Shown here: in pieces, positions 42,070-52,460 of the stretch | Numbering within the stretch: position 1 is the stretch's first letter | Layout of the letters: the number at the start of each line of letters is the position of its first letter | Source: an uncultured Gemmatimonadaceae bacterium | GTDB taxonomy: Bacteria > Gemmatimonadota > Gemmatimonadetes > Gemmatimonadales > Gemmatimonadaceae | Direction: 5' to 3' | DNA length: 64,000 bases | NCBI GenBank assembly: GCA_963790305.1 | Contig: CAWBOC010000001.1 | Span: 96,001-160,000 of the forward strand | The notes under the pieces: model-generated | Database searches by the model: none | The model's input: only the letters and a program-made list of their open reading frames with translations | What the model was told of the DNA's origin: nothing | Made by a program: the position numbers and the translations under genes

Positions 42070-44064
42070 TTGCCCCAGGCCCATTTCCTTCAGGACCTCC
42101 TTCTCATCTTCGGCCTCGGCGTCTTCGTCGTGGTCGCGTTTCACCGTGCCCGGCTTCCGCCCATTGTCGGCTTTCTCGTCACCGGGCTGGTATGCGGGCC
42201 GTTCGGCTTCGGCCTCGTCGACGGCGTCGAGCACGTCGAAGCAATGGCAGAGATCGGCGTCATCCTGCTCCTGTTCACCGTCGGCATCGAGTTCTCCGTC
42301 GAGGAGCTTTCCCGCGTCCGCACCTTCCTCCTCACCGGTGGAGCGCTCCAGGTCTCACTGACCCTCGGCGCAACCACCGCGGCCGGCATGGCGTTCGGGC
42401 TCCGACTGCCGGTCGCGATCTTTCTCGGAATGCTCGTCGCGCTCAGCAGCACCGCGATCGTCATTCGGATGCTGGCCGACCATAACGAGCTCGACGCTCC
42501 ACACGGCCGAGCGGCGATCGGGATCCTCATTTTCCAGGATCTGGTCGTCGTTCCCATGGTGCTGGTGACGCCCTTCCTCGGCGGCGCGGGGGGCGACATG
42601 TCCGACCTCCTCCTCGTGATCGGCAAGGCGGCGGTGTTCATCGGACTCGCGGTCGTCGCCGCGCGCTGGGTGGTCCCATGGCTGCTCCAGATTGTCGTCA
42701 ATACCCGAAAGCGGGAGGTGTTTCTTCTCACCATCGTGCTCCTCTGCATCGGGATGGCGGTCGCCTCCGCGCAGGCCGGTCTGTCAATGGCGCTCGGCGC
42801 GTTCATCGCCGGACTCATCCTGTCGGAGTCGGAGTACGCCCATCAGGCGCTCGGTGAAGTGCTCCCGCTGCGCGAGGTGTTCAACTCACTGTTCTTCGTG
42901 TCGATCGGGATGCTGTTCAACATCCGCATCGTGCTCGAGCATCCCGCGCTCATCATCGGTGCGCTGCTGGCCGTCGTCGCGGCGAAGACCCTGATTACGT
43001 CGGGGCTCGTGATGGCGCTCGGCCATCCGCTGCGCATCGCGCTGATGACCGGCGTTCTCACGTCGCAGATCGGGGAGTTCTCGTTCGTGCTCTCGAAGGT
43101 GGGCTCGCAGGCCGGGCTGCTCGGCGGCGAGCTCACTCAGGGGTTCATTGCCGTGGCTGTCGGGTCAATGATGCTCACGCCGCTTCTGGCACGGCTCGCC
43201 CCGCGCGCCTCGGCTCGAATCGAGCGCTGGGTGCCCGGGACGTACGTGCGAGGACGAGCGGTGACCGTGACCGTCCGCGGCGAGCTTCCGCCGCTGGATG
43301 ACCATGTGATCATCGTCGGGTATGGCGTGAACGGAAGGAATCTCGCGCGGATGCTGGGACGTGTCGGCATTCCCTTCATCGTGCTCGAGATGAATCCGGA
43401 TGCCGTGCGCGCCGAGCGGAAGCGGGGCAGGCCCATCATGTACGGGGATGCCACGCGGCCCGAGATTCTGAAGCTGGCAAGGATCGAACGTGCCCGTGTG
43501 CTGGTGCTCGCCATTTCGGATGCTGGCGCAACCCGAAGCGCCGTCGATGTCGCTCGACGGCTCAATCGCGAGCTGCATATCGTGGTGCGCAGTCGGTACG
43601 TGCAGGAGATGGCGGCGCTCCTCGCCGTCGGGACCGATGAAGTGGTGCCGGAGGAGTTCGAGACCTCGATCGAGATCTCATCGCGCGTGCTGCGGCGCTA
43701 CCTCGTACCGCGGGACGTCATTGAGCGGCTCATTCGGGAGGTGCGCAGCGACTCGTACGAAATGCTCCGTACGATGTCCGACACCCATTCACCGGCCGCG
43801 GGGTTCGACCGCTTTCTGGCCGACCTCTCGCTCGAGGTGTATCGTGTGGAGCGCAACTGCGCGATCGCGGGGATGACGCTCGCCACCTGCGGACTGCGGG
43901 AACGGAGTGTCTCCGTCGTTGCGATTCAGCGACACGACGCGACAATGCGCTCGACGCCAACCGGCGACGACAAGCTGGAGGAGGGCGACGCCGTCCTGCT
44001 CCTTGGCCCGCCGGAGCGACTGACTGAGGTCGCTGGACTCTTTCGCGCGGGCGACGCGACGTGA
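42070..44064 (+). CDS. CPA2/Kef-type cation:proton antiporter with TrkA-N and TrkA-C domains
   Basis: AEIGVILLLFTVGIE, LSSTAIV, ILIFQDL, SQIGEFSFVL; HVIIVGYGVNG, YGDATRPEIL. Confidence 0.93.
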   Translation: MPQAHFLQDLLLIFGLGVFVVVAFHRARLPPIVGFLVTGLVCGPFGFGLVDGVEHVEAMAEIGVILLLFTVGIEFSVEELSRVRTFLLTGGALQVSLTLGATTAAGMAFGLRLPVAIFLGMLVALSSTAIVIRMLADHNELDAPHGRAAIGILIFQDLVVVPMVLVTPFLGGAGGDMSDLLLVIGKAAVFIGLAVVAARWVVPWLLQIVVNTRKREVFLLTIVLLCIGMAVASAQAGLSMALGAFIAGLILSESEYAHQALGEVLPLREVFNSLFFVSIGMLFNIRIVLEHPALIIGALLAVVAAKTLITSGLVMALGHPLRIALMTGVLTSQIGEFSFVLSKVGSQAGLLGGELTQGFIAVAVGSMMLTPLLARLAPRASARIERWVPGTYVRGRAVTVTVRGELPPLDDHVIIVGYGVNGRNLARMLGRVGIPFIVLEMNPDAVRAERKRGRPIMYGDATRPEILKLARIERARVLVLAISDAGATRSAVDVARRLNRELHIVVRSRYVQEMAALLAVGTDEVVPEEFETSIEISSRVLRRYLVPRDVIERLIREVRSDSYEMLRTMSDTHSPAAGFDRFLADLSLEVYRVERNCAIAGMTLATCGLRERSVSVVAIQRHDATMRSTPTGDDKLEEGDAVLLLGPPERLTEVAGLFRAGDAT

Positions 44065-44082
44065 CCCCTCGCCTGCCACTTC

Positions 44083-45705
44083 ATGCCTCGACTCGCGCTG
44101 ATTCTCTCCGGCGCCGCCTCGCTCGGATCGTTCGAGGCGGGCGTCCTCACTGAGCTGCTCTGGACTCTCGAGCACGAGTCGCGACACGCTGACCCGGCGC
44201 GACGGTGGACGCTCGACATCATTACCGGCGCGTCCGCCGGCGCGATGACGGCGGCGCTCGTCGCGCGCGCGGTCATGGCCGACCATCGCAGCGCGCGCGC
44301 CCTGCACTCCGCGTGGGTGGAGGAGATCGACATTCGCGAGCTGCTGCGCGAGCCACCTGCCACGGCGCTTCTCTCCAAGGAGCCGATTCGAGCGATCGCT
44401 GGGCGACATCTCTCCCCACCCGCGGTGGATGCGAGACCAGCAGGGCATGCGCCCGAACGTCTCCGACTGCGGTTCACGCTGGCGAACATGAATGGCGTCG
44501 ACTGGCGATACCCGCTGGCGCGGCCCGGCGATCAAGCATTCGTCGCCACGTTCTTCGCCAATGGTGTCCGCTTCAATGTGGATCTGGCCAACGTGCGCGA
44601 TCCGGCGTTGTGGGAGCGCATTCGTACCGCGGCCATCGCGTCCGGGAATTTCCCGCTCGCCTTCGTTCCGGAGATGCTCGCGCGCGACGAGCGCGACTTT
44701 CGCGATCACGCGCTCGCGTCGTTTCCCGGCACGTTCACGTACTGCGATGGCGGCCTGTTCGACAACGAGCCGGTGGGTGATGCCATCGATCTCGCCCTCG
44801 AGCAGGATGGCGGTACGATCGCGCCCGACCGTGCGTTCGTGCTCGTGGACGCCAACCTCAACCGCTCCCGCCACGCAGCCACCTTCACCGAGCAGGAGCC
44901 GCTGCTCGCCAACGCGACACGCCTGAGCGCCATGGTTCGCGGCGAGGCGACGGTGCGCGACTGGCTCAAATCGCAGCGCGTCAACAACGAGGTCGCGTGG
45001 CGCGATCGCGTGCTCACCGACCTCGTCGCCATGGTGCGCGATAATCGCCTCGACGACGCAGCGGCCTTCTCGGCGAGCCTGCATCGCACCGCGTCCGACA
45101 TCGTCGGCACCAAGCGCGCGATCTTCCCGGACAGATACCCGGAGAACTATCTGGACCGGGCGCTCGAGCGCACCCGTCGCTCGCACGCCGAGCGGCTGGT
45201 CGGCCTCACATCTTTGCAGCAGGAGATCCTCGTGCGCGTCATCTTCCTGCTCAACAGCGTGGCGGGACTCGACAAGAAGCAGCAGCTGAAGATCGGAATC
45301 ATCTACACCGAGCCGCGGCTCACCGCTGGCGACACGTTAGGCGCGTTCGGAGGGTTCTTTCACCGCGACTGGCGCGAACACGATTATCGGCTGGGCCGGC
45401 GCGCCGCGCGCGAACGCCTCGCTGCGCTACTCTCCCTCGACGGCCCTCCTCCCCTCGAGCCGGGCTTCGAGCGCGAATACGAGATCCCGAAGGAATGGGA
45501 GGGCTTCAAGGACGCCACGCTGCGCGATGCGGACATGGCACCGCGACTCGCGTTGCGAGACATGCTCGTCGCACGCGCGCGTGGGCTTGTCGAGGAGCAA
45601 GCCATTGGCCCGCGCTGGCTGCGCTGGCTCACTCGCCCCGCCGCGAAGGCGGCCGTGGCCGGGGCGGTGAAGGCGAAGCTGGACAGGATTCTGGGGCTGG
45701 ACTAG
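44083..45705 (+). CDS. Patatin-like phospholipase
   Basis: LSGAASLGSFEAG, nucleophile GASAG, DGGLFDNEP. Confidence 0.88.
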   Translation: MPRLALILSGAASLGSFEAGVLTELLWTLEHESRHADPARRWTLDIITGASAGAMTAALVARAVMADHRSARALHSAWVEEIDIRELLREPPATALLSKEPIRAIAGRHLSPPAVDARPAGHAPERLRLRFTLANMNGVDWRYPLARPGDQAFVATFFANGVRFNVDLANVRDPALWERIRTAAIASGNFPLAFVPEMLARDERDFRDHALASFPGTFTYCDGGLFDNEPVGDAIDLALEQDGGTIAPDRAFVLVDANLNRSRHAATFTEQEPLLANATRLSAMVRGEATVRDWLKSQRVNNEVAWRDRVLTDLVAMVRDNRLDDAAAFSASLHRTASDIVGTKRAIFPDRYPENYLDRALERTRRSHAERLVGLTSLQQEILVRVIFLLNSVAGLDKKQQLKIGIIYTEPRLTAGDTLGAFGGFFHRDWREHDYRLGRRAARERLAALLSLDGPPPLEPGFEREYEIPKEWEGFKDATLRDADMAPRLALRDMLVARARGLVEEQAIGPRWLRWLTRPAAKAAVAGAVKAKLDRILGLD

Positions 45706-45794
45706 AGGTGAGGGAGGTGGTCCAGGACGTCGAGGCGGTCGAGGCACCTGCCGCCCCTCGACGACCTCGACAACCTCGATCACCTTGACGACCT
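45705..45794. repeat. Palindromic element of 9-nt units filling the patatin-macrodomain intergenic gap
   Basis: gaggtggtccaggacgtcgaggcggtcgagg ... cctcgacgacctcgacaacctcgatcaccttgacgacct. Confidence 0.7.
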
Positions 45795-46301
45795 ATGATC
45801 CAAATCCTCCACGCCGACATCACCACGCTTCCGGTCGACGCCATCGTCAACGCGGCGAACAGCTCGCTCGCCGGCGGCGGTGGCGTCGATGGCGCCATTC
45901 ATGCCGCCGCGGGGCCGGAGATGGCTATCGAGCTCCGCCGTTACACCGGATGTCCAACGGGCAGCGCCGTCATCACGCGGGGATACCGCTTGCGCGCGCG
46001 GTTCGTGATCCACGCTGTCGGACCGATCTGGCGCAACGGCGATCATGGCGAAGCCAGGCTGCTCGCCAGCGCGTACGAAAGCTCCTTCAGGGTCGCGCGA
46101 GAGGAAGGGTCCATTCGCACGATAGCGTTCCCCGCGATCTCTACCGGCATTTATGGGTTTCCCAAAGGGCCTGCCGCCGAGATCGCTCTGGGTGTGATGC
46201 GGGTGCACGACAAAGAGTTCGAGCGCATCACCGCCTGCCTGTTCGACGAGAAGAGTGCCGAGCTGTACCGTGAGACGCTTCGCCGTCTCGGCGAGTCCTG
46301 A
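45795..46301 (+). CDS. Macrodomain O-acetyl-ADP-ribose deacetylase (YmdB-like)
   Basis: DITTL.VDAIVNAANSSLAGGGGVDGAIH, VIHAVGP, IAFPAISTGIYGFP. Confidence 0.93.
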   Translation: MIQILHADITTLPVDAIVNAANSSLAGGGGVDGAIHAAAGPEMAIELRRYTGCPTGSAVITRGYRLRARFVIHAVGPIWRNGDHGEARLLASAYESSFRVAREEGSIRTIAFPAISTGIYGFPKGPAAEIALGVMRVHDKEFERITACLFDEKSAELYRETLRRLGES

Positions 46302-47654
46302 GTGCGCAATTTCGACCGCTGGCTGATCGTAGGCGCCGGCCCGTCCGGCCTGGCCGCCGCGCGCGCGCTCGCCGCGGCGCAGCTGCCGTTCGACGTCCTC
46401 GAGCGCCACCGCAATGTCGGTGGAATTTGGGATCTCGAGAACGCGGGCACACCGATGTACGAGAGTGCGCATTTCATCTCGTCGAAGACGCTCTCTGGGT
46501 TTGACGGCTTTCCCATGCCGGAGAACTATCCAGACTATCCCACGCGTGCGCTGGTTCTGGACTACATCCGCGCGTTCGCGAGCGAGCACGATCTCCGGCG
46601 GCACGTGGAGTTCGGCGTCGACGTGCGGCGAGCGGCGCCGGACAATGATGCGACGTGGCATGTCGAGCTCGGCAGCGGCGATCGCCGGCGCTACCGCGGC
46701 GTGATCGCAGCCGTCGGGCACAATTGGGATCCGGTTGTCCCCGAGTATCCGGGTCATTTTTCGGGGGAAGCGTACCACTCTGTGCGCTATCGCTTCCCCA
46801 CCGAGTTCGACGGCAAGCGTGTCCTCATCGTCGGCGGCGGAAACTCGGCGTGCGACATCGCGTGCGATGCCGCCACGCGGGCGACGCGAACCGCAATCTC
46901 CATGCGGCGTGGGTATCACTTCCTGCCGAAGCATGTCTTCGGAAAGCCAACCGACGCGTTCTTTCGGAGCGGGCCACACCTGTCGCCGAGGATCGCGCAG
47001 CCGCTGTTGACGGGGCTGTTGAAGCTTCTGGTCGGCGATCTGCGCCGGTTCGGGCTCCCGGCGCCGGATCATCGGGTGCTCGAGTCGCACCCGATCATGA
47101 ATACGCAGATCTTGCACTTTCTGGCGCACGGCGACGCCGCTGCGAAGCCGGACATCGTTAGGCTCGACGGGCGGCGCGTGCATTTTCGCGATGGCACCAG
47201 CGAGGAGTTCGACCTGATCGTCTGGGCGACTGGGTATCGGCCGACGATCCCGTTCCTCGAGGCTGCCCTTCCGTCGCGGGATGGCAGTGGCCCGCCGCTG
47301 TTCGGCGCGCTCCTTCCGGGTGTGGCCAACCTGTACGTGCTCGGCCACTTCGAATCCGACGGCGGCGCCTACCCACTCGTCTGTAAACAGGCCGAGCTCG
47401 CTGCGCTCCTGGCCGAAGCCAATGCGATCGCGCCCGACGCCACGCGGCAATGGGTCGCCCGGCTCACCTCCGGCCGTCGTCCCGATCTCAGTGGGGGCGT
47501 GCGCTACGTCAAGTCGATCAGACACGCCAACTATGCGCAGTTCGAGACGTACGAGGCGTTTCTCTCTCGTCTCATCCGGCGTGTCGAGCGTGAGTTGTTG
47601 AAGGGGCAACGCCTGCGCACTCTCCCGCCCCCAGGGGCGACCCGCCATCATTGA
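46302..47654 (+). CDS. Flavin-containing monooxygenase
   Basis: GAGPSG, VGGIW, FSGEAYHSVRY, GGGNSACD, WATGY. Confidence 0.9.
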   Translation: MRNFDRWLIVGAGPSGLAAARALAAAQLPFDVLERHRNVGGIWDLENAGTPMYESAHFISSKTLSGFDGFPMPENYPDYPTRALVLDYIRAFASEHDLRRHVEFGVDVRRAAPDNDATWHVELGSGDRRRYRGVIAAVGHNWDPVVPEYPGHFSGEAYHSVRYRFPTEFDGKRVLIVGGGNSACDIACDAATRATRTAISMRRGYHFLPKHVFGKPTDAFFRSGPHLSPRIAQPLLTGLLKLLVGDLRRFGLPAPDHRVLESHPIMNTQILHFLAHGDAAAKPDIVRLDGRRVHFRDGTSEEFDLIVWATGYRPTIPFLEAALPSRDGSGPPLFGALLPGVANLYVLGHFESDGGAYPLVCKQAELAALLAEANAIAPDATRQWVARLTSGRRPDLSGGVRYVKSIRHANYAQFETYEAFLSRLIRRVERELLKGQRLRTLPPPGATRHH

Positions 47655-47656
47655 GC

Positions 47657-48734
47657 ATGCCCATCGTCGATCTCTACGGTCACGATTCCCTGCGCGCGCG
47701 GCTCCGTGCCTCGTTCAGTCGAGGCACGCTCCCGACGAGCCTTTTGATCCACGGCCCCCGCGGTGTCGGGAAACAGCGGCTCGCGCTCTGGCTCGGCCAG
47801 CTGCTGCTGTGCGAGTCGCCTGCCGCCAACGGCCCCTGCGGCTCGTGTCGCTCCTGTCGCTATTCAAGGGAGCTCGGCCATCCCGACCTGCATTGGTATT
47901 TTCCGCGCCCTCGCCCGAAAGACACCGATCCGTCACTGGACGAGGTGAAGGACGACTTCATCGACGCGATCCGGGAACGTCTCGATGACAAGGGTATCTA
48001 TCCGCCGCCCTCGGGACTGGAAGGCATCTTCATCCGCACCGTCCATCTCGATCGTGCAGCAAGCCGGGATGACGCCGACGCTCGGCAGCCGTAAGGTCTT
48101 CATCGTTGGCGATGCCGACCGAATGGTCGCCCAGGAGGGGTCGGACCAGGCGGCCAACGCGTTCCTCAAGCTGCTCGAGGAGCCGCTCCCCGACACGACC
48201 GTCGTGCTGACCACGAGCGAGCCAGCCTCGCTACTTCCAACCATCCGCTCGCGCGTCATTGGGCTGAGAGCGAGCCCGCTCGGGGACTCCGACGTCCGCG
48301 AATTCCTCAAGGACCCCGTGGTGACCGCCGCGTTGCAGTCCTACCGCCTCCCGAAAAACGTCGAGGAGCGCGTGCGTCTCGCGAACGGTGCGCCGGGCGC
48401 CCTTCTCGACTCCGCTTCCGCCGCCGACGCGCACGCCTTCGCGAACCAAATGCTGAGCGCAGTAGAGGCCGGCGACGCCGAGCGATTCCAGTTGGGGTTG
48501 GCGTTCGGAAGCTCGAAGGCTCGCGGGTTTTTCAGCGACGTGCTCGATGCCCTGACCGCTGCCCTCCATGACCGGGCGCGCGAGCGCGCCACACGCGGCG
48601 ACGACGAGGGTGCCCGACGGGCGGCGATGGCGGTCCATGTCGTCGAGGAGGCCAAGTTTCGTGCGAGCGGCAACGTGAATCCTCAGCTCATTGGGTCGGC
48701 GATCCTCCGGGAATTCGCGGAGCTGCGCCCATGA
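47657..48734 (+). CDS. holB: DNA polymerase III subunit delta' (frameshift near 48045)
   Basis: LLIHGPRGVGK, LLC...CGSCRSC, HPDLH, AANAFLKLLEEP, LLPTIRSR. Confidence 0.88.
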
Positions 48735-49207
48735 GCGACCTCAGTCACGTCGACCGATCCGGACAGGCCCGAATGGTCGACGTGTCCGCGAAGGAGAGCA
48801 CTGAGCGGTTCGCTCGGGCGACAGGGGTTATTTCGATGTCGTCAGAAGCGCTCGAGGCGGTGCGAAAAAATGGTGTCGAAAAGGGCGATGTTTTGGCCGT
48901 TGCGCGGATTGCTGGCGTGATGGCGGCGAAGCGCACAGCCGAGCTCATTCCCCTGTGCCACCCGCTGATGCTGACAGACGTCCAAGTCGTTGCAGAGGTT
49001 GATGATACAGTCCCGGGAATTCGAGTCGAATCGACGGTCCGTACAGCCGGAAAGACAGGAGTGGAAATGGAGGCAATCGTTGCGGTGGCTGTGACGCTCG
49101 TCACCGTCTACGACATGTGCAAATCACTAGATAAGAGCATGGTCATTTCCCGCATCTGTTTGGCGGAAAAGACCGGTGGACGATCAGGAACGTGGAAACG
49201 GCCGTAG
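48731..49207 (+). CDS. moaC: Cyclic pyranopterin monophosphate synthase
   Basis: MVDVSAK, KGDVLAVARIAG..AAKRT..LIPLCHP, TGVEMEA, YDMCK, EKTGGRSG. Confidence 0.97.
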   Translation: MSDLSHVDRSGQARMVDVSAKESTERFARATGVISMSSEALEAVRKNGVEKGDVLAVARIAGVMAAKRTAELIPLCHPLMLTDVQVVAEVDDTVPGIRVESTVRTAGKTGVEMEAIVAVAVTLVTVYDMCKSLDKSMVISRICLAEKTGGRSGTWKRP

Positions 49208-49297
49208 GCGACGGGAGGCACAACCGTTGCCCTTGTTAGCGGCTGCGGGTGGGGTCTTCCTGGATCCTCTCCGTCCAACCCTTGTGAAAGGGGCTCT

Positions 49298-49993
49298 ATG
49301 CGAAAGGAAACTCGCTACGTACACCGAGGCGATCTCGAGCGCCGCCAGGCGAAGGTTCGCCGTTGGCGGGTCTTGTTGATCTCGGGCGCCGTCGGCGCGG
49401 TAGTGCTGCTGCTGGGCGCACAGATCATTCAGGAACGCTCTGCCACAGCCAGCACGTATTCGTTCGGCCTTCCTGGCGAGTCCCGCCGGCTCCGCGAGGA
49501 GCTGGACGCCGCCCGGGGCGAGCTGCAGCTCGCGCAGGCCCAGCTCGACCGCGCCAACCAAATCCTCTCCTATTCGTCGCGCTATCGCATTTCGGCGGAC
49601 ATTGCCGCGTCGATCTACGACATCGCCCTTGCCGAGGGGTTGGAGCCGGATCTGGCCTTCCGGCTGGTGCGCGTGGAGAGCCAGTTCAATGAAAAGGCGA
49701 CGAGCCCCGTGGGCGCCATTGGCCTCACGCAGCTCATGCCCGCGACCGCCAGCTTCTTCCAGAAGGGAATCACGAAGAAGCAGCTGTTCGATCGCGAGAC
49801 CAACCTTCGCATAGGGTTCCGCTATCTTCGCACGCTGATCAACGAGCACGACGGCAACCTCAAGCTCGCCCTGCTGGTCTACAATCGCGGCCCCGCGGCA
49901 GTGAACCGCGCCCGGGCCGCCGGTCTGGATCCCGCCAACGGGTACGACCGAATGGTGGCTGGAGGGTATAGAGGGAGTGGAGTGGTAGACTGA
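49298..49993 (+). CDS. Lytic transglycosylase (SLT domain) with N-terminal TM and coiled coil
   Basis: VRVESQF, GAIGLTQLMPATA, NLRIGFRYL, LALLVYNRGP. Confidence 0.9.
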   Translation: MRKETRYVHRGDLERRQAKVRRWRVLLISGAVGAVVLLLGAQIIQERSATASTYSFGLPGESRRLREELDAARGELQLAQAQLDRANQILSYSSRYRISADIAASIYDIALAEGLEPDLAFRLVRVESQFNEKATSPVGAIGLTQLMPATASFFQKGITKKQLFDRETNLRIGFRYLRTLINEHDGNLKLALLVYNRGPAAVNRARAAGLDPANGYDRMVAGGYRGSGVVD

Positions 49994-50108
49994 GTGGGGA
50001 GTGGTGGAGTGCGGGGAGTGGAACGGCCCCGAGGTGAGATCTCACCTCGGGGCCGTTCCACTCCCCACTCCCCACTCCTCCACTCCCCACTCTCCACTTT
50101 CCACTCCT
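49994..50108. repeat. Palindromic element with ggggagt 7-nt arms and a 54-bp perfect palindrome core (50013-50066)
   Basis: ggggagtggaacggccccgaggtgaga|tctcacctcggggccgttccactcccc; flanks carry further ggagt/actcc units. Confidence 0.9.
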
Positions 50109-50118
50109 CACTAAGCAA

Positions 50119-51588
50119 CTATCGCCGCCCTCTCACGACGATCACCTGCCCCGGATAAATCACGCTCTTCCTCAGCCCATTGAGCCGCATGAGCGTGTTC
50201 ACCGACGTCTTGTAGCGCTTGGCGATCAGGCCCAGCGATTCGCCCTTCCGTACAATGTGCGTGCGGCCCCGGCTGGAGCCGTAGCGCTCGATCGCGGGAT
50301 CCGGGATATCGTAGGCCGCCGCGACGACGGCCGGTGACGGGAGCAGGACAACCCGTCCAACGGGCAGCACCCCACTCTTCGTCGCCTTGAGCTTTGGATT
50401 GTACCACTTGAGCTGCTTGCTCGTGATGCCGCCGCGCCGCGCGGTCGACACCATGGTGGCCCCCTTCTTCGTCGTCACTCGCGTGAACGCCTTACGATCT
50501 TCTTCGGGGAGCGCGGCGTACGCCGAGTCGAAGCCCGCTGACTTCCCCGCCGGCAAACGAAGGGTGAGCGATCCCGTGGGCGGAGTCACGCCGCGCAGCA
50601 CCTGCGGATTCAGCTCGCGAACCTGCTCCAGGCTGACCCCAGCCGCGCTCGCGATCGCCGCCAGTGGAGTCTCCGGCCCAACGCGGACCGTGTCGTACTC
50701 CAGCAACGGCCGCGACTCGACCGGAATGCCGTATCGCTGCGGATCCTTCGCCACCAGCGCCGCCGCGATCATCTTCGGCACATAGTCCTTCGTCTCCGCA
50801 CGCAGGTAGTTCTGCTCGGCCAACGCGAAGAAGACGTCCTCGCCGCTCGATCCCTCGAGCTGATCAGCGTAACGCGACAAGCCACGCGCGATGCGGCCGG
50901 GACCACCGTTGTATGCGGCAGCAGCCAGATAGAGCGATCCGAACTGCTCGTGCAGATAGTTGAGGAAACGAATCGCGGCGTCAGTCGACCGAACGGGGTC
51001 GCGACGCTCGTCGACCCACCAGTCCACGCGGAGACCCACGCCTTTTGCGGTGGCCGTCATCATCTGCCACATGCCGACGGCGGCGGCCCGTGAGTACGCG
51101 TGCGGATTGTAGCCGCTCTCGATCAGCGCGAGATACGTGAGATCGCCCGGCAGCCCCGCCGCCTGAAGCTTGGCGCGGATCATCGGCTCATAGCGCGTTC
51201 CACGGCTCAGCCACTCGGAGAAGGTCACCCGTACGGGACCCTGGAACCGCTGCAAGTAGTACTCGACGCGCTTGTGCGTTTCGTACGAGCGGACGTCAAT
51301 GTCCCAGGTGGGCTCGGGCGAGATATCCCCGCCCCCCTCAGGCTCGCCGACGTCGGCCGTAGAGTCGCCGAAGATCCGTACCGCTTCGGCAGCCACGTCA
51401 GTGGGAGATACGGCCGCGTTCTCGTCAGGCGAGGCCGCGACGTTTCCGCGCCCGCCGTCGCGTGCATCGGCTGTTGAGCTGGCTTCGGTGGTTGGAGACG
51501 GAGCGGTGCGTGCGGGAGTGGATCGGTGACAGGCGGCAAGCGCCACGAGCGCGACGGCGAGGACACGTCGCGTGGGGCGAGCCGTCAC
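50119..51588 (-). CDS. MltD-like membrane-bound lytic murein transglycosylase lipoprotein with LysM domains
   Basis: Lipobox LAAC; LALIESGY, AVGMWQ, VDERRDP, AAYNGG, ETKDYVPK; LysM HIVRKGESL..IAKRY. Confidence 0.92.
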   Translation of the reverse strand: MTARPTRRVLAVALVALAACHRSTPARTAPSPTTEASSTADARDGGRGNVAASPDENAAVSPTDVAAEAVRIFGDSTADVGEPEGGGDISPEPTWDIDVRSYETHKRVEYYLQRFQGPVRVTFSEWLSRGTRYEPMIRAKLQAAGLPGDLTYLALIESGYNPHAYSRAAAVGMWQMMTATAKGVGLRVDWWVDERRDPVRSTDAAIRFLNYLHEQFGSLYLAAAAYNGGPGRIARGLSRYADQLEGSSGEDVFFALAEQNYLRAETKDYVPKMIAAALVAKDPQRYGIPVESRPLLEYDTVRVGPETPLAAIASAAGVSLEQVRELNPQVLRGVTPPTGSLTLRLPAGKSAGFDSAYAALPEEDRKAFTRVTTKKGATMVSTARRGGITSKQLKWYNPKLKATKSGVLPVGRVVLLPSPAVVAAAYDIPDPAIERYGSSRGRTHIVRKGESLGLIAKRYKTSVNTLMRLNGLRKSVIYPGQVIVVRGRR

Positions 51589-51661
51589 GCGTGCGCTCCG
51601 GGAGCCCGGCGGAGAATCGACAGCATTGCGTTCACTCTGGTAATGCCAGGCACCGCGGTGC

Positions 51662-52126
51662 TTAGCGAGTTGCGATGAAGTTCCCGAGCACTCGGTTCGT
51701 GGCGTTCAAGACGGCCACGGCGGCGCCGCGAACGGGGTCATCTTCGGCGAGGCAGGCACCCAGCAGCTTGCGAGGCCCGTCGCCCTTGCGAACGTTGACG
51801 GACACGATGACGACGGTGGCGTCGAATGCCCGCACGGATTTGACACCGACGAGCTCGAACTCGAGCGAGTTGTCGGAGAAGGTCTCGATCGCGCGGAGGG
51901 CGGCATCGGCGGCGACGCGGAGGTCAACGGTCGCGCTCGACTGGCCTGCGGAGGTCCCACGCACGCGGATCCCATCGATCCACTCCAGCTCGACCTCGGC
52001 GCTGCACTTTCCGCCTGGTGTGCGGCGAAACTTGAAGTCGGTGAACTTCAGCCGTTCGCGCTTGAGATCGCCGGGAGTGATGATGCGCGGGTCGGGAGTC
52101 GCGCCCGGCTGCGACGAGGAATACAT
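51662..52126 (-). CDS. Hypothetical protein
   Basis: Globular alpha/beta-looking ORF ending GAAVAVLNATNRVLGN. Confidence 0.7.
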   Translation of the reverse strand: MYSSSQPGATPDPRIITPGDLKRERLKFTDFKFRRTPGGKCSAEVELEWIDGIRVRGTSAGQSSATVDLRVAADAALRAIETFSDNSLEFELVGVKSVRAFDATVVIVSVNVRKGDGPRKLLGACLAEDDPVRGAAVAVLNATNRVLGNFIATR

Positions 52127-52460
52127 AGGCGGTGGCCCGCTCCGAATAGGTGTTCCCGTGGAGGACTATCCTTCAGAGACACGATCGAACGAAGTGAAGG
52201 CAACGCCGGGTGTTAAGGGCATCCCAATCTTCCCAATGGTGCCTCCGCGCGTCGCAGAGTGCAAGCATTTTTCGGTGAGCCGAGCCACCGCGAAGTGCGC
52301 TTGTCGCATCGGCGTGTTTCGAGGGTCTCCAGCGAGGAATGGGCCGTAAGGAAAGTGTAAACCACTCGCCTTTCACGAATCTGGCAAACTCTTTTCAGTG
52401 TCGCTGCATCCAACGGGATGTCCTGTCGTCCCGTCATCTCCTGCTGACCGGCCTCCTTTC

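Noticed and set aside
44083..46301. Anti-phage system (patatin effector plus macrodomain, CBASS/Thoeris-like)
   Set aside because: No cyclase, TIR, SIR2 or sensor gene nearby; the macrodomain is a canonical YmdB type within a housekeeping run (Kef, FMO, holB, moaC).
38374..47651. Long antisense ORFs (for example 38374-40038, 43789-45186, 45780-47651; also 20284-21957, 59485-60705)
   Set aside because: Shadow ORFs opposite well-supported genes, typical of high-GC codon bias; no recognisable motifs.
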